DNA from: Anaerolineae bacterium
GTDB taxonomy: Bacteria > Chloroflexota > Anaerolineae > Aggregatilineales > Phototrophicaceae
DNA length: 61,724 nucleotides
Direction: 5' to 3'
Assembly (NCBI GenBank): GCA_034437755.1
Contig: DAOTTV010000078.1
Coordinates: forward strand, 64,001-125,724
Shown here: positions 26,808 through 37,071 of the stretch, piece after piece
How positions within the stretch are numbered: position 1 is the first letter of the stretch
Layout: each line of letters opens with the position of its first letter
Notes under the pieces: model-generated
The model's input: only the letters and a program-made list of their open reading frames with translations
What the model was told of the DNA's origin: nothing
Database searches by the model: none
Translations under genes and position numbers: made by a program

Positions 26808-27179
26808 CTATAGAACCTCTCTAAAATATTTGTAGTATATAGAACATCTTTTGGTTGTGTCTGCTACATGAGTAGCAAATGAATTGTGGCATACAGATCA
26901 GCCCCAGCGCAAGAGATAATTACATCTTTCCCGTATGTTATGCATCGCGCAGACTGAACGTTGCCAACGCGCCTAAATATAACATTAAAATCTGCGTTTT
27001 GCATATGTTTGCTTTGTGCACTTATGACAAAGATCAGGTTTATAATCCGACATTTTGCTGTAATATCTGACGATTTTATCGTACAGCCTGTGGCAGAGTG
27101 GCACGCATTTTGTCATATATCGCTATATACGCGGGCAAGTCAAGCTATTGTGTCGGCTAGCATCCGATTGTCGCCGCGT

Positions 27180-27542
27180 TTATGTGTCAGTTTGCAGGTT
27201 ATCAGGGCAGATGTGGCGCAGATACACCCACGTATAGATGCCGGTTGCGTGTCCATCATCCCACACGGGTTGGATGGCATAATTGCCTACCGGGTTGATC
27301 GATGCCACATCATAAGACCGCGCCGGAGTCAGGTTGAGGATATTATCGGGCGCATGAGCGATCCCCATATTCTGATGCCCGCCGCGACATTCAACACAGG
27401 GGCAGGCTTCGCGCAAGTGTGACAGCGGATAATGACACACATGATCATCTGACCAGACGATTTCGAGGAACATATTTTGCTTATCTTGCTTATTGAGTGT
27501 GATCGCTTTCGGGCGGAGTTTAGTGGTCATTGGGCTTTTCAT
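27180..27542 (-). CDS. DUF971 protein (gamma-butyrobetaine hydroxylase-like N-terminal domain; Cys/His zinc site).
   Basis: 'LEIVWSDDHVCHYPLSHLREACPCVECRGGH' matches the DUF971 signature. Confidence 0.6.
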   Translation of the reverse strand: MKSPMTTKLRPKAITLNKQDKQNMFLEIVWSDDHVCHYPLSHLREACPCVECRGGHQNMGIAHAPDNILNLTPARSYDVASINPVGNYAIQPVWDDGHATGIYTWVYLRHICPDNLQTDT

Positions 27543-27583
27543 TTCGCTATGTCTATATCTAATTGGATCATCATCCTATAACG

Positions 27584-27608
27584 AAAAAGGGACGCTGACT
27601 AGCATCCC
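27584..27608 (-). terminator. Rho-independent terminator after the small membrane-protein gene.
   Basis: On the minus strand: GGGATGCT-agtc-AGCGTCCC followed by TTTTTCG. Confidence 0.5.
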
Positions 27609-27647
27609 TCAACAGTCGTTATCAATACACATGTGTTACACGCGGGG

Positions 27648-27779
27648 TTACGCCGTGACGACCATCATCGAGATCAAGAACACGCCGATCAATAAGGCCG
27701 CTACGAGTGTGACGATACACCCCATGCCGACAACTGTCCCCGTGATCAACGGGTTACACCCTTGTTGTTCTTCTTCCAT
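27648..27779 (-). CDS. Very small hydrophobic membrane protein (about 43 aa); hypothetical.
   Basis: ATG preceded by GAGG. 'CNPLITGTVVGMGCIVTLVAALLIGVFLISMMVV' forms a single TM segment. A terminator lies downstream. The ORF is short, so it could be spurious. Confidence 0.3.
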   Translation of the reverse strand: MEEEQQGCNPLITGTVVGMGCIVTLVAALLIGVFLISMMVVTA

Positions 27780-27985
27780 TTTTGTATACCTCAGCAGAAA
27801 GTCTTTTTGTTTAAACTGGCGCACATTGTAACGCAAAATTGCCATTTGTCGCATGATGAGTTTAGAAAGATCGTCTATAATCACAACACGACGGTTACAC
27901 TACGGCAGGGTCAGTCATAGCTTTATCGTCACAGCATTTGCTAGAATGACAATTATTATCTGCACGTTGGAGACAAAGACACCAC

Positions 27986-28669
27986 ATGACATTACGAGTA
28001 AGCGCGTTCTTGCTTCTCTTACTGGGCTTGACAGCCTGCTTAGGGATGCCACAACAAATTGAATACACCATCGAAGTGCCGGTCACGCGTGAGGTCACCC
28101 GCGTCGTGACAGTCGTCGTTGGCGAAAACCAGACCCTCGCTGATGACCAACCTACAGCTATTCACACGCCCACCGCCCTCCCTGTGACAGTCACCCCAGC
28201 GGCTAGCCCCTCGCCCGAGCCGTTCCCATCCCCCCAAGCGGGTCGCTTTGTCGTCGCCCAGCAACGATTCCAGAATGGAGCGATGCTCTGGTTGCAACCG
28301 ATTGACCAAATCTGGGTGCTGAGTATCGACGATGAGGATAACCAAATCTGGGAAATTTACGAAGATAATTTTGAAGAAGGAATGCCGGAGTTTGATCCTG
28401 AGATACAATCACCGCGATCCGGGTTATACCAGCCCGTGCGCGGCTTCGGCATGTTATGGCGACAAAATGAGAGCGTCCGCGATCAATTAGGCTGGGCACT
28501 GGGGGAAGAAGTTGGTTACACAGCCAATTACGAGTATCATTATGGTGGGACTGTCGAAAATGGCGAATACGTGCAAGGTCCCGGCTATCATCTGGTGCAG
28601 ACGATTTCAGGTGAGATTTACCGATTTAACGAAGGTATCATGACGTGGGAAGTTATAAATGATGGATAA
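27986..28669 (+). CDS. Lipoprotein of unknown function.
   Basis: Signal peptide with lipobox 'LLGLTAC'. A Thr/Pro/Ser linker precedes a globular domain. Confidence 0.65.
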   Translation: MTLRVSAFLLLLLGLTACLGMPQQIEYTIEVPVTREVTRVVTVVVGENQTLADDQPTAIHTPTALPVTVTPAASPSPEPFPSPQAGRFVVAQQRFQNGAMLWLQPIDQIWVLSIDDEDNQIWEIYEDNFEEGMPEFDPEIQSPRSGLYQPVRGFGMLWRQNESVRDQLGWALGEEVGYTANYEYHYGGTVENGEYVQGPGYHLVQTISGEIYRFNEGIMTWEVINDG

Positions 28670-31184
28670 TCTACGCGAATGGGACATCAGTCCCGCATCG
28701 CCCGTCGCGCTACAACTAGCGGCGGATGCGCGGTTAAACCGGACGAGCTATACGAATGACCAGACGTGGGACGTACGCATCGGGCGCGGTGACACGCCGG
28801 CAATTGCCCTGCACACCAAATACGGCTTTCGCGTGGGCTTGGCGAGCCTCGTGCCGATGTGGTTACATGACGGGCGCATCATCTACCAGGCGCAGACCTA
28901 CCACCGGCCCAGCGCCATCACGCACTTTGCGCCCAATTACATCGCCGCCAACGCGAAGATTCTGTCATCTATCCGCCTACACGCCGAGCATATCGCGCTC
29001 AGTTCACAGGCGATTGGTGGGATTTATACGTTGCACAATACGAGCGATAAAGCCGTGACCCTGCGCTTTGAACTCTTCGGGCATGTGGGGGCACGCGGCA
29101 AAGAGCAGAAGCTAGCGATTATCACGATGGCGGATGGCGGACACGCGCTCTCGATGACATCTATGCCGACCTTGAGTCCGGTTGTCTTGATGGAAGGCGG
29201 CACGGCGAGTGATCTCAGCAGTCGCTCGGCAAGTCCCAAAATCGGCACAGACATCAGCATTCCGGCGGCAGGTACAGTGACCATGCGCTGGGTACACGTC
29301 GGGCAGGGGGATGTGCGCCGGTCGTTACAAGAGGCGCGGCAATGGCTCGCACAAGATTGGACGGCGTTTCGCGCCGCGATCGACCATGCCGCGCGCGCGA
29401 TTCCACAGATACAGACCAGCAATCTCGATTGGGATTTGGCGATTGCGGCATCGTATAATTACGCCCATCAAGCCGTGCTTCGTCCGGCGGGTATCCTCCC
29501 GCATGAGACGCTCATCGCCCAGCGCACGCCAGAAGTGGGCTTCAGCCTTAAGGGGAACGGCACAGATTATCCGCGCACATGGGCGGGGCAAGACCCCTTG
29601 CTGAGCTATATGATCGCGCCGATACTGGGCGCAGAAGGCGTGATTCGCAATTATATTGCCGCTCAGCGCGATGATGGCTACATTGACCTGAAGCCGAGTC
29701 CCTCCGGTGAAAATAGCAACCTGCTCTGCCTGCCGCTTCTGGCGCGTACAGCGTGGCACATCTACTTGCGGACGGAGAATCGCGCGTTCGTCACTGATGT
29801 CTTCCCCGCCCTGCGTCGCTTCTTCGATCATTGGCTCGCGCAAGATGACGACGGCGACGGCTATCCTGAATGGCACGCCGATGCCCAGACAGGCTATGCC
29901 GCCCTGCCGACCTTCGCACCGGCGCGGGATTGGTCACAAGGAGCCGACATCACCACTGTCGAAACGCCGGATTTGCTCGTGTATCTCATCAAGGAAGCCG
30001 AGAGCCTCGCCCAGATGGCGCACCTGCTCAACGATGATGCGGGTGCGCGGCGCTTGCGCGACCAAGCCGATGCCCTGCGCGCCAAGCTAGAAGCCCTATG
30101 GCAAGGCGATCATTACGCCTATCGTGATCGTGATACTGACATCACCACCAACGGCATGATTCTGTTGGAAGAAGGCGCGGGCGATCAAACGCATGTGATC
30201 GATCAAGCCTTAGCCGTGCCCAACCGCCTCATCGTCAAAGTGATCGGCGGTATCTCGCACACACCACAGATCACACTCCACGTCGAAGGCACCGATCATG
30301 AGGGCAACACGATTAGCGAGCAAGCCAGCACCAAACAATTCACATGGATCGACGGACAAGGCGTGTATACGACACAGCGCGTCTTCAGTCATATTCACAC
30401 CATTCGCTGTGATGGTCTGAGTCGTGTCTATCATCTATATACGCGCACGATGGACACCACCGCCCGCGATATCAACGCGCTCTTGCCGTTGTGGGCCGGC
30501 ATCCCCGATGAACGCGCACAATCGCTGGTCAGCTTATTGTCGGACTCAGCGCATTTCCTGCGGGCGAACGGCATCACGATGACGGATGCCAGCGGCGCGT
30601 ACTTTGACCCCAGCAACGCCGACGGTGCCGGTGGCATCTGGCTCTACTGGAACACGATTCTCTGTGAGGGCTTGATCGACAACGGTCAGGGGGCGCTCGC
30701 CAGCGATGTGACCAAAACCATCCTCAAGATGCTGGTTGACGTGCTATCGACCGAGCATGAGTTCGGGCAATTTTATCATAGCGATGTCTCACGCGGGCTG
30801 GGCGAGAAGAATCACATGCTGGGCGTCGCCCCGCTGTTGCTCTTGAATAGACTCTTCGGCGTGCGTGTTATATCATCAGGGCGTGTATGGCTCGATAAAA
30901 CATTTGCATGGGGGCGCGGTGTCACGATTCGCCAGCACGGGGTTTACGTGCGGCGGACGAACAAGCGTATCAAGATTGTCTTTCCATCCGGCTATGAGCA
31001 AGAACTCGACCCAACGCTCGCTGAGGCGCAATATATCGATGACCCGGATGCACAGACCAGACCTACCCCGCCGATGATCGACATCACACGCGCAGACCCG
31101 CAACAGGCAGTTGACACGCGACCAGAGGAAGCAGAGCCAGCACCTGCCCCCCGCGTCATAATCGAAGTAGAATACGAAGACTGA
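28659..31184 (+). CDS. Large six-hairpin (alpha/alpha)6 glycosidase-like protein (GH63 / glycogen-debranching GDE_C-like).
   Basis: 841 aa. 'LLCLPLLARTAWHIY..FPALRRFFDHWLAQDDDGDGYPEW' and 'GIWLYWNTILCEGL' are typical of toroid glycoside hydrolases. The start overlaps the lipoprotein gene by 11 nt. Confidence 0.6.
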   Translation: MMDNLREWDISPASPVALQLAADARLNRTSYTNDQTWDVRIGRGDTPAIALHTKYGFRVGLASLVPMWLHDGRIIYQAQTYHRPSAITHFAPNYIAANAKILSSIRLHAEHIALSSQAIGGIYTLHNTSDKAVTLRFELFGHVGARGKEQKLAIITMADGGHALSMTSMPTLSPVVLMEGGTASDLSSRSASPKIGTDISIPAAGTVTMRWVHVGQGDVRRSLQEARQWLAQDWTAFRAAIDHAARAIPQIQTSNLDWDLAIAASYNYAHQAVLRPAGILPHETLIAQRTPEVGFSLKGNGTDYPRTWAGQDPLLSYMIAPILGAEGVIRNYIAAQRDDGYIDLKPSPSGENSNLLCLPLLARTAWHIYLRTENRAFVTDVFPALRRFFDHWLAQDDDGDGYPEWHADAQTGYAALPTFAPARDWSQGADITTVETPDLLVYLIKEAESLAQMAHLLNDDAGARRLRDQADALRAKLEALWQGDHYAYRDRDTDITTNGMILLEEGAGDQTHVIDQALAVPNRLIVKVIGGISHTPQITLHVEGTDHEGNTISEQASTKQFTWIDGQGVYTTQRVFSHIHTIRCDGLSRVYHLYTRTMDTTARDINALLPLWAGIPDERAQSLVSLLSDSAHFLRANGITMTDASGAYFDPSNADGAGGIWLYWNTILCEGLIDNGQGALASDVTKTILKMLVDVLSTEHEFGQFYHSDVSRGLGEKNHMLGVAPLLLLNRLFGVRVISSGRVWLDKTFAWGRGVTIRQHGVYVRRTNKRIKIVFPSGYEQELDPTLAEAQYIDDPDAQTRPTPPMIDITRADPQQAVDTRPEEAEPAPAPRVIIEVEYED

Positions 31185-31189
31185 TTATT

Positions 31190-32212
31190 ATGGATGAGAC
31201 GATCCACGCATCATTGCCCATTTACGAGTATATTTTGCGAACGACGGCGGATGGTGTCATCATCCTCGCTGATGGCATCATTCAGCATGTGAACCCGGCG
31301 GCGGCGGCGATGCTAGCGATGACGACCGAGACCTGCATCGGCGCTTATCCGCGTGATGTCGCGACGTTTCGTGATAATCCGGCACTGTTGCGGCTCGTCA
31401 CTGGCTCAGGCGAACAACGACTCGACGTTCATCTGCCCCGCAAGCGCATCGCACAGGGACTTGCCGATACACTCGATACGGGCGAGCGCATCGTCCTCCT
31501 GCAAGATGTGACCGAAAAGCGGAGCATCGAAGATCGCCGCGAGATGCTAAGCAAAGCTATCGCGCATGATTTACGCAACCCGATTTCGGCAATCGCTGGC
31601 TTTGCTGATTTAATCCAGCGTTTTGGTAGCCTCAACGCGAACCAGACCAAGTATTACAAGCGCATCAAAGAGACTACGTCCAAATTACACGAGTTGGTTA
31701 AGTCGCTGGTAGACCTCGCGTGGATCGAAGCTGGTATGCCCCTAGAACATCTGCCGATTCGCATTCACGACTTAATCCAGCGAGCTGTGCGCGATCTCAG
31801 TGATCTTGCATCCAAGCGCAACATCGGCATTCTTGTCTCTGTACAAACGCCGCTACCAATCGTCATGGGCGATCCTGATCGCCTGTATATGGTGATTCAC
31901 GCCCTCTTACACAACGCGATTATCTACTCGCCGCCAGAGAGCAACGTCGCCATCCATGCGTGGGGCGATACACATGAACTCTCGTGCAGTGTGGGCGATC
32001 GCGGTTTTGGCATCCTCGATAGCGAGATCGACCTGATTTTCGACCGTATGTATCGCTCGCGCGATGAGCGCGTGCGCGAAGTCGCCGGCGGTGGATTGGG
32101 CTTGACGCTGGCAAAGACGATCGTCACGCGACACGGCGGAGATTTATGGGTGAATAGCATCTTCGACGAAGGAAGCACCTTTATGTTCGTTCTTCCTGTG
32201 GTGGACTTGTGA
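31190..32212 (+). CDS. Cytoplasmic sensor histidine kinase (PAS, HisKA, HATPase_c).
   Basis: H-box 'AIAHDLRNPISAI', N-box 'LLHNAIIYS', and G boxes 'DRGFGI' and 'GGGLGL'. Confidence 0.85.
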   Translation: MDETIHASLPIYEYILRTTADGVIILADGIIQHVNPAAAAMLAMTTETCIGAYPRDVATFRDNPALLRLVTGSGEQRLDVHLPRKRIAQGLADTLDTGERIVLLQDVTEKRSIEDRREMLSKAIAHDLRNPISAIAGFADLIQRFGSLNANQTKYYKRIKETTSKLHELVKSLVDLAWIEAGMPLEHLPIRIHDLIQRAVRDLSDLASKRNIGILVSVQTPLPIVMGDPDRLYMVIHALLHNAIIYSPPESNVAIHAWGDTHELSCSVGDRGFGILDSEIDLIFDRMYRSRDERVREVAGGGLGLTLAKTIVTRHGGDLWVNSIFDEGSTFMFVLPVVDL

Positions 32213-32331
32213 AAAACCACAACTGACCATACCTATTCTACGTATTCATTGACAAGACATTTCACACCGACTGGCATCATCTGTGCCAGCATAACCCAAC
32301 CGAACATTTAATTGATGATAGGCATATATAT

Positions 32332-34155
32332 ATGGGATTTCGTCGCGGTAGACGCGCAAACATCAAAGAGAAAGAGCAAGATATACCCGATGTTGATATT
32401 CAGTGGACGCGCCTCGTCGCGTATTTGCGTCCGTATGTGTTACGGATGCTGGTGGCGATTGTCGCGCTGGTCATCAGCGCCAGCTTGAGCCTCGTGTTCC
32501 CGGCAGTGATTGGCGGCGTGGGCGAGATTCCCGGCGTGCTGGATACCGTGTTACAGGGCGGCAACTTACAGATACTCAATATGATCACGCTGGGCTTGTT
32601 AGTTGTATTTCTGGTGCGATCGCTGACGACCTTCATCGAAACTTACAATCTCAACTATATTGGTGAGCGCATCGTGGTTGATGTCCGTAAAGAGTTATAC
32701 GACCAATTACACAAGCTCTCGCTTGATTTTTATGCCGAGCGGCGCGTCGGCGAAATTATCAGTCGCCTCTCTAGCGATGTGACGTACATCCGCAACGTGC
32801 TAACATCGAACGTGACGACCTTGCTCCAGCAATTGCTGGTGATGATCGGGTCGGTTGCGATCATGCTGTTCATCAACTGGCGCTTGAGCGCGTTCATCAT
32901 CGTGCTGATTCCGGTGATTATGCTGGTGGCAGTCACCTTCGGGACGTATCTGCGGCGCATCACGACGCGCATTCAAGATGAAATCGCCTTCGCTAGTATT
33001 GTCGCTGAGGAATCGTTCCAGAACGTGCGCGAAGTGAAGAGCTTCGCCCGCGAGACTTTCGAAGTCAATCGCTATAACAGCGCAATCGACAAAGCCTTCA
33101 ACGCAACTATCGGTCGCTTGCGCGTGAGTGCGGCCTTCACATCGACAGTCGCGTTTCTGGGTTTCGGCGGTATCGCGCTGATTTTGTGGTTCGGCGGGCG
33201 CGAAGTGCTACAGGGACGCTTGAGCGCAGGCGAGTTAATCGCATTCTTGATCTACGGCTTGACGGTTGCCGGCAGTTTCGCCTCGCTGATTAACCTGTAT
33301 TCATCCGTACAAGAAGCATTAGGGGCGATGAAGCGCATCTTCCAGATTATGGAACTCGTGCCACAGATCAGCGATAAAGACGACGCGCAAGCACTCCCGC
33401 GTATCGACGGGCGGATTGAGTTCGACAACGTTACATTTAGCTATGACGATAAGCAGGATGTGTTGAAGCATATCCAGCTAGATATTGCCGCCGGCGAGAT
33501 TATCGCGCTGGTCGGCCCCAGTGGGGCGGGCAAGACGACCACGCTCAACCTGATTCCACGCTTCTGGGATGTGACAGCGGGGGCGCTTCGCATCGATGGC
33601 ATCGACGTGCGCGACGTGACACAATCGAGCTTACGCTCACAGGTCGGCATCGTCCCCCAAGAGACCTTGCTCTTCGGCGGTACCATCCGCGAGAATATCC
33701 TGTATGGGCGGTTAGAGGCGACCGAGGACGATCTTATTGCCGCCGCCCGCGCCGCCAACGCCCATGAGTTCATCGCGAACTTGCCCGATGGCTACGAAAC
33801 AGTCGTCGGCGAGCGCGGTATTCGTCTTAGCGGGGGGCAACGACAACGAGTCGCCATCGCGCGCGCCATCTTGAAGAACCCGCGCATCCTGCTCTTAGAC
33901 GAAGCCACCAGCAGTCTCGATAATGAGAGCGAACATCTGGTGCAAGAAGCCCTCACCCGCTTGATGCAAGACCGCACAACCTTGATTATCGCGCATCGCT
34001 TGAGTACGGTACGGATCGCGCATCGCATCGTCGTGATGAACGCGGGTGAAATTGTCGAACTCGGCACACACGAAGACTTACTCGCACGTGACGGGCTGTA
34101 CGCTAAATTATACGACATGCAATTCCGCAGAGATGATTTGATCGGCGCGGATTAG
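32332..34155 (+). CDS. ABC exporter with fused permease and ATPase (MsbA-like).
   Basis: Six N-terminal TM segments. Walker A 'GPSGAGKTT', signature 'LSGGQRQR' and Walker B 'LLLDEATS'. Confidence 0.9.
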   Translation: MGFRRGRRANIKEKEQDIPDVDIQWTRLVAYLRPYVLRMLVAIVALVISASLSLVFPAVIGGVGEIPGVLDTVLQGGNLQILNMITLGLLVVFLVRSLTTFIETYNLNYIGERIVVDVRKELYDQLHKLSLDFYAERRVGEIISRLSSDVTYIRNVLTSNVTTLLQQLLVMIGSVAIMLFINWRLSAFIIVLIPVIMLVAVTFGTYLRRITTRIQDEIAFASIVAEESFQNVREVKSFARETFEVNRYNSAIDKAFNATIGRLRVSAAFTSTVAFLGFGGIALILWFGGREVLQGRLSAGELIAFLIYGLTVAGSFASLINLYSSVQEALGAMKRIFQIMELVPQISDKDDAQALPRIDGRIEFDNVTFSYDDKQDVLKHIQLDIAAGEIIALVGPSGAGKTTTLNLIPRFWDVTAGALRIDGIDVRDVTQSSLRSQVGIVPQETLLFGGTIRENILYGRLEATEDDLIAAARAANAHEFIANLPDGYETVVGERGIRLSGGQRQRVAIARAILKNPRILLLDEATSSLDNESEHLVQEALTRLMQDRTTLIIAHRLSTVRIAHRIVVMNAGEIVELGTHEDLLARDGLYAKLYDMQFRRDDLIGAD

Positions 34156-34168
34156 TGAAGGAAATCCA

Positions 34169-35224
34169 TTGGCGAAGAAGAATCCAATTTACGTCATCAC
34201 CGATTTGATACTGGATAACACCCAGTACAGCACAGACGACAAGGTACTGATGCTCTCAGCCAAGAGCTTAGATGTGATCGAAGCAATTGCTAAGGTCGCG
34301 CAGAGCGTCGGCGTTTACGATCACAGCTATCACCAGTTGCAGAACGTCCACACGGCCGTCCGTCAGGATAACATCCAGCTTTATCAGGATGTTTATCCGC
34401 AAGATGTGCGTCCCTATGATAAGGCGCACATTATCGTACCCAAGGGGCGCGATGTCGGGCGGGCGATGCTGTGGTCAGCAATGCACGCCGTGCGCGAAGG
34501 CGGGCGGATTTACATCACTGGCGCGACCAAAGGGGGCGCGAAAACGCTGATCAAAGATGCCGAAGTTCTCTTCGGTAATGCGAGCGTCCTCGGCTACAAG
34601 CAAAGCCAACGCATCGCCCAGATTAATCACAACGGGGCGGCGGATTACCCCGCAGAATGGGGGCAACTGCCGACCGAGTTACAGCATATTACCCTCGATA
34701 CTCCACACGGGACGATCACTGTGGGGACGATGGCGGGCGTATTCAGCCATGGTGAGCTAGACGACGGCACTGAATTTTTGCTCAAGCATACGGTACTACG
34801 CGGTGAGCAGAGCGTGCTCGATCTCGGTTGTGGGTATGGCATCATCGGGGCGACACTCGCGCCGATGGTCGCGCAGGTAACGATGGTAGACGACGATTTG
34901 CTGGCTGTACGCTGTGCGCTGGCGACTGCCGAACAGCAAGGTCTGAGCAATGTCACAGTACAAGCCAGCCACATCTACAGCACCGTGCGCGATACCTACG
35001 ACCTGATCATCAGCAATCCGCCCTTTCATCAGGGGGTCGATGTCAGCACGACCGTCAGCGAGCGCATGATTCGACGTGCCCCGAACTATCTCAGTCGCGG
35101 CGGGCGCATGTTGATCGTCGCCAACGACTTCTTGAAATACGAGCCGATTTTCGATGAACACTTCGCCGATTTTCGGATTGTGGCGCGCAATAACAAATAT
35201 AAGATCATCGAAGGCATTGTCTAA
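34169..35224 (+). CDS. rRNA (guanine-N2)-methyltransferase of the RsmC/RlmG type.
   Basis: C-terminal catalytic domain 'VLDLGCGYGIIG' with the 'NPPFH' N2-G/N6-A methyltransferase motif, plus an N-terminal non-catalytic MTase-like domain. The length of about 350 aa fits RsmC. Confidence 0.7.
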   Translation: MAKKNPIYVITDLILDNTQYSTDDKVLMLSAKSLDVIEAIAKVAQSVGVYDHSYHQLQNVHTAVRQDNIQLYQDVYPQDVRPYDKAHIIVPKGRDVGRAMLWSAMHAVREGGRIYITGATKGGAKTLIKDAEVLFGNASVLGYKQSQRIAQINHNGAADYPAEWGQLPTELQHITLDTPHGTITVGTMAGVFSHGELDDGTEFLLKHTVLRGEQSVLDLGCGYGIIGATLAPMVAQVTMVDDDLLAVRCALATAEQQGLSNVTVQASHIYSTVRDTYDLIISNPPFHQGVDVSTTVSERMIRRAPNYLSRGGRMLIVANDFLKYEPIFDEHFADFRIVARNNKYKIIEGIV

Positions 35225-35225
35225 C

Positions 35226-36218
35226 ATGAGCCAGTTGAAAGACCAAGCCGCATTCGTGACCGGCACGACGGGCTTTCTCGGTGGTGCGCTGGTGCATCGT
35301 CTGGTAGCCGAAGGGATGCAGGTCAAAGCCCTCGCCCGTGACCTCACCCGCGCCGCTTACATCCGCGACCTGCCCGCAGTCGAGATTGTGCGCGGCGATA
35401 TCACCGACGTGCGGGTGATGACCGATCTCATTCGTGATGTCGATGTGGTGTTTCACGTCGCGGCGGCAACCAGCGGCCCGATGAGCCTGCAAACCCGCGT
35501 CAACGTCGATGGCACGCGCAACGTGGCACAGGCCAGCGCCACAGCAGGCGTGCAACGTCTGGTACACGTCAGCAGTATCGCCGTCTACGGTTATCAGTAT
35601 CGCGGAGTCATCACGGAAGATACGCCACATTTGCCCGGGCGCACCGCCTATAGCGTCACCAAGTCGCAGGCAGAGAGCGAAGTCCAGCGTGTCGCCGTCG
35701 AGACCAATCTCGCCTACAGTATCATCCGCCCCGGCATGATCTATGGCGAACGCAGTGGTGCATGGACAGTGAGTATGTATCGACTGGCGACAATCGACCC
35801 GACACCCTTCATCGGCGCGGGAGAGGGCACAGCATACCCAATTTACGTCGGGGATGTGGTTGATATGATGACCTTACTCGCCACACACCCCGACGCTATC
35901 GGCGAAGCCTTCAACTGTGTGATGCCCGACCTGCCGACTTTCCGCGAGTTCATCGGGTACTATCAGGCAATGGCGGGACATCAAAATTGGCTCAGTATCC
36001 CGCCGCGTGCCGTGCAGAGCATCGCGCCCCTGCTGAGACTGATCCGCCGCTTCCGTGATGATCCAGCTGATATTAGCGACCTTATGACTTACATCGAGAG
36101 TTCGGTCAGTTACAGCATGGACAAAGCCCAGCACCAACTAGATTGGCACCCGCCAACGTCGCTAGATGTCGGCATGGCGCGGAGCGCGGCTTACTTGATC
36201 GAACAAGGGCTGTTATGA
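35226..36218 (+). CDS. NAD-dependent epimerase/dehydratase family protein.
   Basis: 'AFVTGTTGFLGGALVHRL' is a Rossmann fold. 'YSVTK' is the YxxxK catalytic motif. Confidence 0.8.
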   Translation: MSQLKDQAAFVTGTTGFLGGALVHRLVAEGMQVKALARDLTRAAYIRDLPAVEIVRGDITDVRVMTDLIRDVDVVFHVAAATSGPMSLQTRVNVDGTRNVAQASATAGVQRLVHVSSIAVYGYQYRGVITEDTPHLPGRTAYSVTKSQAESEVQRVAVETNLAYSIIRPGMIYGERSGAWTVSMYRLATIDPTPFIGAGEGTAYPIYVGDVVDMMTLLATHPDAIGEAFNCVMPDLPTFREFIGYYQAMAGHQNWLSIPPRAVQSIAPLLRLIRRFRDDPADISDLMTYIESSVSYSMDKAQHQLDWHPPTSLDVGMARSAAYLIEQGLL

Positions 36219-36931
36219 CGCTGGCACTGGTGGTGCTGGGGATGATGATCGTACTTGGTGCGCTCATCTGGTGGCTAGTGTTCGAGACGGAAGGCGTCTA
36301 TCTGGGCAAACGCGCCGTCATCTGGCTCTATGATGTCTACGCGACACGCTACGATCGCATCGTCCAGCACGACGATTTTGAAGAGCATATGACGCTGGCA
36401 CAACCTTTGCTCAATCGCTGTCGTCCACACACCAACCCGCGCCTGCTCGATGTCGCTACCGGAACGGGGCGCATCCCCCTAGCTTTATGCCAACACGCAC
36501 GCTTCGACGGGCATATCACCGCGCTCGATCGCAGTCGCGGGATGCTAGCACAGGCTGAACGTAAAATCAGCGATGAACACTTTGCCGCGTTCGTCACTTT
36601 CATCTGGAGCGATGGTCAGCATCTACCTTTTTCGGATAATAGCTTCGATGTGGTGACGTGTATGGAAGCCTTAGAATTTATGCCCCAGCCCGAACAGGCA
36701 CTGGGCGAGTTAGCGCGGGTGTTGCGTCCGGGGGGGCTATTGCTGACGACCCAACGCATCAATCAACCTTTCATGCCCGATCGCATCTGGTCACAGGCAC
36801 AGATGCAAGCCCATCTGGAAACCGTTGGTTTGGTGCAAGTCTCGTTTGAGGCGTGGCAGTACGATTACACCCAAGTCTGGGCACGCAAAGCCGGGTCATC
36901 ACGCTTTATCGGCATCGGTGAAAGCGGATGA
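36215..36931 (+). CDS. Class I SAM-dependent methyltransferase (Methyltransf_11-like) with an N-terminal TM helix.
   Basis: ATGA start/stop overlap with the upstream gene. Motif I 'LDVATGTGR' and 'LRPGGLLL'. Confidence 0.75.
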   Translation: MTLALVVLGMMIVLGALIWWLVFETEGVYLGKRAVIWLYDVYATRYDRIVQHDDFEEHMTLAQPLLNRCRPHTNPRLLDVATGTGRIPLALCQHARFDGHITALDRSRGMLAQAERKISDEHFAAFVTFIWSDGQHLPFSDNSFDVVTCMEALEFMPQPEQALGELARVLRPGGLLLTTQRINQPFMPDRIWSQAQMQAHLETVGLVQVSFEAWQYDYTQVWARKAGSSRFIGIGESG

Positions 36932-37071
36932 TTCGATTGATCTTCTGGCACGAAAACCGGCTTCAGCACAATTAGCTATGGGATTATCACAAACTCCTGT
37001 TAACGGATACAGCCCCCTTTGCTACAATGCATCATCATTATCGGTCATAGTGAGTAACGAAAGCAATCATC

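Noticed and set aside
26879-27422. Plus-strand ORFs of 63 and 153 aa in the AT-rich region.
   Set aside because: The first lies in AT-rich promoter DNA without an RBS. The second is antisense to the DUF971 gene.
36932-37071. A possible T-box or other leader upstream of argS.
   Set aside because: No T-box consensus (AANNNGGGTGGNACCGCG) and no specifier-loop architecture were found in the 140-nt region.
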